Part shown: piece by piece, positions 56,470 to 64,000 of the stretch
Layout of the letters: every line of letters starts with the position of its first letter
Numbering within the stretch: the stretch's first letter is position 1
From: an uncultured Gemmatimonadales bacterium
GTDB taxonomy: Bacteria; Gemmatimonadota; Gemmatimonadetes; Longimicrobiales; RSA9
NCBI GenBank assembly: GCA_963708135.1
Contig: OY970192.1
Span: 3,072,001-3,136,000 of the forward strand
DNA length: 64,000 nucleotides
Reading direction: 5' to 3'
Made by a program: the position numbers and the translations under genes
Notes under the pieces: generated by a model
What the model was told of the DNA's origin: nothing
The model's input: the letters and a program-made list of their open reading frames with translations, nothing else
Databases searched by the model: none

Positions 56470-58015
56470 GCCAGCGCCGCCGGGGGCGGCGCTGCGCCAG
56501 AGTGGGGGAGTGGGGGAGTGGGGGATGCGGCGGCCCTCGCCGCGTCCCTCACCTCGCGGCCAGCGCCGCCGGGGGCGGCGCTGCGCCAGAGTGGGAGAGT
56601 GGGAGAGTGGGGGATGCGGCGGGCCTCGCCGCGTCCCTCACGCTCCCGCCGCGGCGCCGAGCCCGGCACCCGCCGCGAACGGCGCGGCGCGTCTGCAACC
56701 GCGCCGCCCGGATCCCGCGCACGCGGCAAACGGCTCCCGGCCCCGCGCTCGAGGCGAGCCTCGCCGCCAGCCCGTCTCCCACTCTCCCACCTCGCGGCCA
56801 GCGCCGCCGGGGGCGGCGCTGCGCCAGAGTGGGAGAGTGGGGGAGTGGGGGATGCGGCGGGCCTCGCCGCGTCCCTCACGCTCCCGCCGCGGCGCCGAGC
56901 CCGGCACCCGCCGCGATCGGCGCGGCGCGTCTGCAACCGCGCCGCCCGGATCCCGCGCACGCGGCAAACGGCTCCCGGCCCGGCGCTCGAGGCGAGCCTC
57001 GCCGCCAGCCCGTCTCCCACTCTCCCACCTCGCGGCCAGCGCCGCCGGGGGCGGCGCTGCGCCAGAGTGGGGGAGTGGGGGAGTGGGGGATGCGGCGGGC
57101 CTCGCCGCGTCCCTCACGCTCCCGCCGCGGCGCCGAGCCCGGCACCCGCCGCGAACGGCGCGGCGCGTCTGCAACCGCGCCGCCCGGATCCCGCGCACGC
57201 GGCAAACGGCTCCCGGCCCCGCGCTCGAGGCGAGCCTCGCCGCCAGCCCGTCTCCCACTCTCCCACCTCGCGGCCAGCGCCGCCGGGGGCGGCGCTGCGC
57301 CAGAGTGGGGGAGTGGGGGATGCGGCGGGCCTCGCCGCGCCCCTCACGCTCCCGCCGCCGCGCCGAGCCCGGCACCCGCCGCGAACGGCGCGGCGCGTCT
57401 GCAACCGCGCCGCCCGGATCCCGCGCACGCGGCAAACGGCTCCCGGCCCCGCGCTCGAGGCGAGCCTCGCCGCCAGCCCGTCTCCCACTCTCCCACCTCG
57501 CGGCCAGCGCCGCCGGGGGCGGCGCTGCGCCAGAGTGGGAGAGTGGGGGAGTGGGGGATGCGGCGGGCCTCGCCGCGTCCCTCACGCTCCCGCCGCGGCG
57601 CCGAGCCCGGCACCCGCCGCGATCGGCGCGGCGCGTCTGCAACCGCGCCGCCCGGATCCCGCGCACGCGGCAAACGGCTCCCGGCCCCGCGCTCGAGGCG
57701 AGCCTCGCCGCCAGCCCGTCTCCCACTCTCCCACCTCGCGGCCAGCGCCGCCGGGGGCGGCGCTGCGCCAGAGTGGGAGAGTGGGGGAGTGGGGGATGCG
57801 GCGGGCCTCGCCGCGTCCCTCACGCTCCCGCCGCGGCGCCGAGCCCGGCACCCGCCGCGATCGGCGCGGCGCGTCTGCAACCGCGCCGCCCGGATCCCGC
57901 GCACGCGGCAAACGGCTCCCGGCCCCGCGCTCGAGGCGAGCCTCGCCGCCAGCCCGTCTCCCACTCTCCCACTCTCCCACTCTCCCACTCTCCCACTCTC
58001 CCACTCTCCCACTCT
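56470..58015 (+). repeat. 238-bp tandem repeat (6 units plus 1 partial) ending in a (CTCCCACT)n tract
   Basis: Unit starts at 56559, 56797, 57035, 57273, 57503 and 57741. Confidence 0.95.
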
Positions 58016-58092
58016 CTCCTTGCGTCGGCCAATCCCTGGCCCCATATTTCACCTGCAAGTGATTGGCGAATCCATTGCAGGAGGATCCAGAC

Positions 58093-58467
58093 ATGCCCGG
58101 AGCCGCCACCGCCGCCGCGCCCGAGCCCGGCGCCGTGCTGACCAAGGCCGTACGGTCCGCGGCGGCGCGCCTGGGGCTGCGTAACCGGGAGCTTGCCGTC
58201 GTGCTGGGGACGAGCGAGGCGTCGATCTCGCGGCTCAGGGGGAGCCGCACGCTGGATCCGGAGAGCAAGGAGGGCGAGCTGGCCCTGCTGCTGGTGCGGC
58301 TGTTCCGGAGCCTGGATGCGCTGGTGGGCGGGGACGAGCGACGGGCGCGGGCGTGGCTGCACGCGCGGAACGAGCACGTGGGCGGGGTGCCCGCGGAGCG
58401 GATCCGGCAGGTGGAGGGACTGGTCGATGTCGTCCAGTATCTGGACGCGATGCGCGGGCGGCTCTGA
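58093..58467 (+). CDS. Xre/MbcA/ParS-like antitoxin
   Basis: N-terminal HTH; LFRSLDAL...ARAWL...GLVDVVQYLD. Confidence 0.88.
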   Translation: MPGAATAAAPEPGAVLTKAVRSAAARLGLRNRELAVVLGTSEASISRLRGSRTLDPESKEGELALLLVRLFRSLDALVGGDERRARAWLHARNEHVGGVPAERIRQVEGLVDVVQYLDAMRGRL

Positions 58468-59179
58468 GGTCGGTCCGCTCGCGCTCGAGCCGTGGCGGGT
58501 GGTGGAGGCGCAGCACCTGGTCTCGACGCGGAAGCTGGTGGACACGGACGCGGAGCAGGCGCTGCTGGAGGATCTCATCGAGCGGGTGAAGCCGCCGGAT
58601 CCCACGGGCGGCCGGCTGCACTACCTGCTGGCGACGCCGTTCCGCTATCCGCCGCTCCGCCACGGCTCGCGCTTCGGGGGCCGGCACGAGCGGGGGCTCT
58701 GGTACGGGTCGGAGACGCTGTCAGCGGCGTTCGCGGAGGTGGCGTACTATCGGCTCCTCTTCCTCGAGGGCACGGCGGCGGATCTGGACGGTGTGGAGAC
58801 GCAGCTCACGGCGTTCCGGGCGCGGGTGCGGGCGGAGGTCGGTGCGGACCTCGTCGCGGGCTGCTTCTCGGATTGGCACGCGCAGATCGCCTCGCCGACC
58901 TCGTACGAGGCCACGCAGGCGCTCGGGGCGGCGATGCGGGAGGCGGGGGTGCAGGCGTTCCGCTACCCATCGGCGCGGGACGCGGAGGGGGTCAACGTCG
59001 GGGTTCTGGATCCGGCGGCGTTCGGGCGCCGTGCGCCGCACGCCTTCGAGACGTGGCACTGCACGGCGACGCGGGGGCGGGTGGAGCTGCGGAAGCGGGA
59101 CTACTTCACGCGACGCTCCCTTTCCTTCCTCCGGGAGCGCTTCGTGGTGGACGGACGTCTGCCGGCGCCGGCGCTCTGA
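58427..59179 (+). CDS. RES-domain toxin
   Basis: WRVVE, TPFRYPP...GSRF, AEVAYY, YPSAR; overlaps the antitoxin by 41 bp. Confidence 0.88.
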   Translation: MSSSIWTRCAGGSEVGPLALEPWRVVEAQHLVSTRKLVDTDAEQALLEDLIERVKPPDPTGGRLHYLLATPFRYPPLRHGSRFGGRHERGLWYGSETLSAAFAEVAYYRLLFLEGTAADLDGVETQLTAFRARVRAEVGADLVAGCFSDWHAQIASPTSYEATQALGAAMREAGVQAFRYPSARDAEGVNVGVLDPAAFGRRAPHAFETWHCTATRGRVELRKRDYFTRRSLSFLRERFVVDGRLPAPAL

Positions 59180-59611
59180 GCGGTTCCGGGCTCGGCTCGG
59201 CGCCCGCACACCGCGCCGGCGCTGGTCCCGAGCGTGCCGTCACGGCCCGCGCGGCCGGATTCGGATTCCGGGGCTCCGCCCCTGGACTGCGCGGCCGCGC
59301 CGCTGGATTCGGATTCGTGGGCACATCCCGGGGCGCGACCTCCGGCGTCAGGCTGTGGCCCGACGGGTCGGGCGAGAACAATCGCGCAGTCGAGGCATCC
59401 CCATCCGGCCAAATCCCGATCTTTCCCGGATACCGAGCAAGATCGGGATCTCGCCGGGCCGCCGCCGCGGCCACTGCGCGATTCCTCTCGGATTCCGATC
59501 AAATTCGGGATGTCGATGCCGGCGACGATCTCCATTCCCCGATCTTGCTCGCGTGCCTCTCGGATTCGAATTCCGGGCTCCGCGGCGGTCCCCAACGCGC
59601 GTCCGCCCTCC

Positions 59612-62600
59612 TCAATACATGATTCTCAGGCGCCTCGCCATCCCCCGGCCGAGGCGGCCGGGGCGCGGGATGTAGCGGTGCAGCTCCTCGGGGGTCTCGA
59701 CCCAGACGCACAGGTCGGGGAGGAGGGCGAAGTCGCCGATGCCGATGGCGGCGCCGAAGTGCGAGATCAGCAGCACGGCCTCGCCGTCGAGGAGGGCGGA
59801 GCGGTAGTCCTCGTTGTGGGAGCCCTGGAGCAGGTAGTAGATGACGCGATCGGGCTTGTCGCGCGTGACCTGGGTCTGGAAGAGTCCGCCGCCGGCGGCG
59901 CGCGAGTCGGCGGCCTGCTCGAGCGGGAAGAAGCCGAGGTACTGGAGCCGGTTCTCGATGATCCGGGCACGGCCGCGGAAGTAGGCGGCGAGCAGGTGGC
60001 CCCAGGCGGGGTCGGCGAAGAGGTTGTCCCACCCCTCGGCGGACGCGAAGAACTGGGCCTTCATGTGGAGCTTCGGATGCTCGCCGGGGTCGGCCGGCCG
60101 GGGCGGCTCGAAGCCGCGGGCGCGGAGCCGCTCGGCGACGGCGTGCAGCGAGTCCACCACCGCGGTCGAGAACGGCTCGAGGGCGAGCAGCCAGGGCGTC
60201 CGCGCGCGGCGGGCGAGCGCGGTGTCGATGCGGGCGGGCAGGTCCACGACGGGGATGGCGGTGTCGTAGATCCCGACGCGGAGCAGCCCGCCAGCGCCGT
60301 GGATGGCGGGGGCGAGGGTCCGGCGGGCGAAGAGCAGATGCGAGAGCGTGGCCTCGGCGAGCGCCATGGCGCCGCCGTAGGGGGCGGGGGCGTTGCGGAC
60401 GGAGGGGGCCATGACGAGCACGCGGCCGCCGTCGAGGGCGCGGCCCACGAGGAGCGAGGCCCAGAGTGGATTGCTCCACAGCGAATCCGGGATGCGGAGC
60501 ACGGAGCCGGGCGGCAGCAGCGAGTAGAGCATGGCCTTGGCGATGGTGGCGGCCTTGAAGCCGTAGCCGACGCGGTTGTGGAGCTGGACCACGGTGGCCG
60601 GCGTCAGGTCGAAGCGGGGTACGGGCGCGGGGTCCGCAACGGCGGCGGCGTCGCCGGGGGGCCGCAGGAACGAGGGGAGCTGGTCCGGCTTCACGCCCTG
60701 GCGGAGCAGCAGACGCGAGGCGGCCTCCTTCACGGGCAGCGCCGCGGGGCCCTGGAGCAGCACGGCGCGGTCCTCCCACTCGGGCCCGGCGTAGTCCTCG
60801 CCGACGCCCATGCCGCTCATGATGAGCATGCCGCGGTAGGGGTCGCCTTCCGTGAGGTCGTAGAAGGCGAGCTTGCGGTGGTCGCGGAGCGCGTTGTCGG
60901 GGAGGCCCACCAGCGGCAGGATGTCGGGGCTCCAGAAGGAGGGATCCTGCTGGTCGGTCACGTGGACGTGCACGGCCACGCGGTCGTGCAGCCAGTCGGC
61001 GCCGTGGCCGCGCGCCTCCGTCTGCAGCCGCCGTGAGGCCGCCACCGCCCGCCTGAGCTCGCCCTGCAGGCTGTCGATCACGGCCGCCCACGCGCGCGGC
61101 GCCCCACGCAGGCGCGAGCCGCGCGAGAGCGGATCCGTGAGCACCGGCATCCAGAGCCGGCTGCGGTGCGCCTCGAAGTAGTACTGGTCGAGGAAGATGT
61201 GGAACTGCGGCAGCACGCCGGTCGCGTCGTAGGCGCGCACGCGCCGGATGAGCGCGTCCAGGTAGCCGTACGCCACCATGCGGAAGGCCACGGAGTCGGC
61301 CACGCCGTGCTGGTCCACGCCGTGGAAGTCGTGGATCCAGAGCACGTGGTACGTCCGCGCCTCGTGGATCGAGCGGTCGAGCTCCCACTGGAACTGCGAG
61401 TTGCGCGCGTACGCCACGTGGTTGCTGTCGGAGAAGGCGGCGCCCGTGGCGCGCTCGATCAGCCGGTCAACCTGCTCCTGCGTGCAATGGTCCTCCTCGC
61501 GCAGCGCGAGCTGGAGCGGCAGCCAGACGAGCCGCCAGTCGCCCCAGCGCCGCTGCTGCTCGGCCGCCACCTCGCCGACCGCGTCGAGCAGGCGCGCCAG
61601 CAGCCAGCCGGTGCGGGCCAGGTCGTCCGTCCCGGCGACGAGGCCGCCGCCGGATGCCGGCCCGCTCTCGCCGGCTTCCGCGCGCACCACCCGCCGGCCC
61701 GCGAACGGCTCGAGCAGCGCGGCGGCGAACGGCGCCAGCGACACCGGCTCGCGCTTCTGCCCGAGCAGGCGGTCGTACGGCAGCAGCACCCGAGCGAGGA
61801 GGAGCAGCCGCATGGAGTCGGCACGCGCGCGGCCGCGCGGCGTCACGCCGGCGGCGCGGGGATCCAGCGCCACGGAGAACGCGCGGTCGAACGCGTGGTG
61901 ATAGGCGGCCAGCACGGCGCCCGCGCCGCCCGAAGCGGCCACGAGCCGGCCAAGCGCCGCGAGGCTGTCCACCACCTCCGCCGGCGGGGTGCCGCCTCCC
62001 GCCCGCCTCAGGTATGGAACCACGACCGCCCCGACGCGCAGCGCCCAGGCACGCAGGTCCGCGGCGGCCGCCCGGAGCGGGTCGGCGGCGGGCGGCGCGG
62101 GTGGGACGGGCGGCGTCGCCTCGGCGAGGTGCACGCGGTCGCCCTTCGGGCGGTCCTCACCCCTGAGCCGCTGGCCGACCGGCAGCACGAAGCCGATCCG
62201 CAGCCGCTCCGCCCCCGCCGGTGTCCAGGTGGCGTGCAGCATGGTGCCCGGCAGGAGGAATCCGCCGCGCACGAGCGGGTGCATGAGGGAGAAGTACGGC
62301 GAGGCCTGGCCATCGGGGAGGTCCACCTCGATTCCCATGCCGAGGCGCAGGATCGGGCTCCGGACGCCGGCCATAAGGGCGCCCCGCGGCCCGGCACGGT
62401 TCGTCTCCGTGCCGATCGCCCCCTCGAGCTGCAGGCCGAGCAGCCCGGTGGCCGGGTTCAGCAGGCCGCGGTAGATGCCCGCGCCGACGAGCCCGCCCAC
62501 GCCCGTCCCGCCCCCGCCGCCGACGTACGCACCGACGAACGGCCGCAGCACCGGCGGCAGGCTGAGGAGGTCGGCGTACGCTTCAGGCGGCGGCGGCTGC

Positions 62601-62803
62601 CGCCGTGCCGCGGCCGCTCGGGCCCGGTCGGCGTGAGCGGTGGCGGCGGGATCGGGCGTAGGCCGCGCGACGGCCTGGGCATCGAGGCTCCCGGGCGCCG
62701 CGAGCAGGCAGGCGCACACGACCGCGATCGCAGCCGTCCCCGCCCGGCGGCGGATCCCGCGCCACGCCTCCTCCCTCTCCGCCATCCACGCCTGCCTCGA
62801 CAT
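59612..62803 (-). CDS. Large exported protein with a PLD-superfamily-like C-terminal half
   Basis: Signal-like N-terminus; DHRKLAFYD, LHMKAQFF and GSHNEDYRS motifs. Confidence 0.6.
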   Translation of the reverse strand: MSRQAWMAEREEAWRGIRRRAGTAAIAVVCACLLAAPGSLDAQAVARPTPDPAATAHADRARAAAARRQPPPPEAYADLLSLPPVLRPFVGAYVGGGGGTGVGGLVGAGIYRGLLNPATGLLGLQLEGAIGTETNRAGPRGALMAGVRSPILRLGMGIEVDLPDGQASPYFSLMHPLVRGGFLLPGTMLHATWTPAGAERLRIGFVLPVGQRLRGEDRPKGDRVHLAEATPPVPPAPPAADPLRAAAADLRAWALRVGAVVVPYLRRAGGGTPPAEVVDSLAALGRLVAASGGAGAVLAAYHHAFDRAFSVALDPRAAGVTPRGRARADSMRLLLLARVLLPYDRLLGQKREPVSLAPFAAALLEPFAGRRVVRAEAGESGPASGGGLVAGTDDLARTGWLLARLLDAVGEVAAEQQRRWGDWRLVWLPLQLALREEDHCTQEQVDRLIERATGAAFSDSNHVAYARNSQFQWELDRSIHEARTYHVLWIHDFHGVDQHGVADSVAFRMVAYGYLDALIRRVRAYDATGVLPQFHIFLDQYYFEAHRSRLWMPVLTDPLSRGSRLRGAPRAWAAVIDSLQGELRRAVAASRRLQTEARGHGADWLHDRVAVHVHVTDQQDPSFWSPDILPLVGLPDNALRDHRKLAFYDLTEGDPYRGMLIMSGMGVGEDYAGPEWEDRAVLLQGPAALPVKEAASRLLLRQGVKPDQLPSFLRPPGDAAAVADPAPVPRFDLTPATVVQLHNRVGYGFKAATIAKAMLYSLLPPGSVLRIPDSLWSNPLWASLLVGRALDGGRVLVMAPSVRNAPAPYGGAMALAEATLSHLLFARRTLAPAIHGAGGLLRVGIYDTAIPVVDLPARIDTALARRARTPWLLALEPFSTAVVDSLHAVAERLRARGFEPPRPADPGEHPKLHMKAQFFASAEGWDNLFADPAWGHLLAAYFRGRARIIENRLQYLGFFPLEQAADSRAAGGGLFQTQVTRDKPDRVIYYLLQGSHNEDYRSALLDGEAVLLISHFGAAIGIGDFALLPDLCVWVETPEELHRYIPRPGRLGRGMARRLRIMY

Positions 62804-62889
62804 GCCGCCCTCTCCGGCCGAGCACCCGGGTGCCCGTCCATGGGGGCACCCGCAGGGCCGTGTGCAAGCCGGAGACCACACTCCACTGA

Positions 62890-64000
62890 CTATACTCCGT
62901 CCGTCATCGGCCGCTGTGCCGGCTCGCAGGCGATGGCGGTCTTCGCGCCGGCGAGCCCGGGCGCGCCCGCCTCGAGAGTCAGCGTTCCGGGCTCGCGGCC
63001 GGCCTGCAGGATCGCGCAGCACAGGCCGCCGAAGGCGCTGCGCTTCATCGCCCTGTCCGCCTCGTGGCTGCTGGGATCGCCGTTGCCGACGCCGAGGAGC
63101 TTCCCCGCGCCGGTGACGCGGAAGGCGACCTCGTCGCCTGCCACGGGGACGAGGCGGCCGCGCGCATCCTCGACGCGCACCTCCACGACGGCCACGTCCT
63201 GCCCGTCCGCGGCGATGCGGGCGCGGTCCGGGCGGAGCGCGAGCCGGGCCGGCGCCCCGGTGGTCTCGCGGCGCGCGATCAGCGCCGGCTTGCGCGAGCC
63301 GGTGCGGTATCCGCGCGCGGTAAGCGTGCCCGGCGCGTACGGCACGGTCCACTGCACGTGGCCGTATCTCGGCACGTCGCGCGCGCCGAGGGAGCGGCCG
63401 TTCAGCAGGAGCTCGACACGATCGAGGTTCGTGTAGCACCAGACGTCGATCGGCTGGCCTTCCCTGCCCTGCCAGCTCCAGTGGGGAAAGAGGTGGAGCA
63501 CGGGGGCGCCGCCCCACATGGCCTGGTAGTAGAAGAAGGCGTCCTTGGGGAAGCCGCAGGTGTCCATGACGCCGAAGTGCGAGCTCACGCACGGCCAGTC
63601 GTAGGGCGTGGGCTCGCCGCGGTAGTCGAGGCCGGTCCAGACGAAGCCGCCGGCCAGGTACTCGCGCGCGGCGTAGTGGGCCCACCAGTCCTCGGCGGTG
63701 CTGCCCCACCACGGGTGGTTCACGTCGTAGGCGGAGAGGTAGCCGCGCTCCTTGTCGGTCGTGTAGATGCCGCGCGTCGAGAGGGCGCTCGCGACCTCGG
63801 TTCCCATGCACGGCTTCGCGGGGAACCGCTGGTGGAACGCGTCGGTCTTGGCGTCGCGGTAGTTGAAGCCCTGCACGTCGATGACGGTCGAGATGCCGGT
63901 GCCGAAGCCGCTGTCCATGGCGGCGGCCACGGGCCGGCCGGGGTCCAGGCGCAGCACCGCCCGCTTCAGCGTGGCGGCGATGCGGGCGCCGCGCTCGTTC
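62890..64000 (-). CDS. GH2 beta-galactosidase, C-terminal part (runs off the window)
   Basis: GFNY, MGTE, GGFVWTGLDYRGEPTP, FGVMDTCGFPKD, GVGNGD. Confidence 0.92.
   Translation of the reverse strand, partial: NERGARIAATLKRAVLRLDPGRPVAAAMDSGFGTGISTVIDVQGFNYRDAKTDAFHQRFPAKPCMGTEVASALSTRGIYTTDKERGYLSAYDVNHPWWGSTAEDWWAHYAAREYLAGGFVWTGLDYRGEPTPYDWPCVSSHFGVMDTCGFPKDAFFYYQAMWGGAPVLHLFPHWSWQGREGQPIDVWCYTNLDRVELLLNGRSLGARDVPRYGHVQWTVPYAPGTLTARGYRTGSRKPALIARRETTGAPARLALRPDRARIAADGQDVAVVEVRVEDARGRLVPVAGDEVAFRVTGAGKLLGVGNGDPSSHEADRAMKRSAFGGLCCAILQAGREPGTLTLEAGAPGLAGAKTAIACEPAQRPMTDGV

Noticed and set aside
56404..58268. Repeat-encoded proteins across the 238-bp array
   Set aside because: The unit length is not a multiple of three and nearly all frames are open, so there is no coding signal

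Overview
This is high-GC bacterial DNA. The gene content (PadR plus ADOP-type permease, SusC/SusD pair, TolB-like/TPR protein) suggests Gemmatimonadota or a relative, which is an inference. Positions 1 to ~24,060 form an integron-type cassette array with 24 recognisable attC sites: one split by an IS630, two collapsed to about 20-30 bp. No integrase gene lies in the window. The 23 complete cassettes are about 12 toxin-antitoxin pairs, 5 single cargo genes and 6 gene-less cassettes. The gene-less cassettes (~255-265 bp, three variants) form one homologous, highly structured family with its own attC subtype, and are the best candidate for an undescribed system. Almost every cassette also has 14-19 bp inverted repeats at its two ends, extending well past the 7-bp core, with a near-invariant A/C mismatch at position 11. 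Four IS elements (IS630, internally deleted IS21, IS1380, IS256) sit in the array. The rest of the window (24-64 kb) holds ordinary chromosomal genes: peptidases, transporters, a phosphoesterase next to a cytochrome c peroxidase, a KAP NTPase, a frameshifted SusC, an Xre-RES pair, a PLD-like protein and a GH2. Several intergenic tandem repeats lie among them. The first ~2.6 kb and the SusC region are indel-rich and may contain sequencing errors. Protein family calls come from motif recognition only, not database searches.
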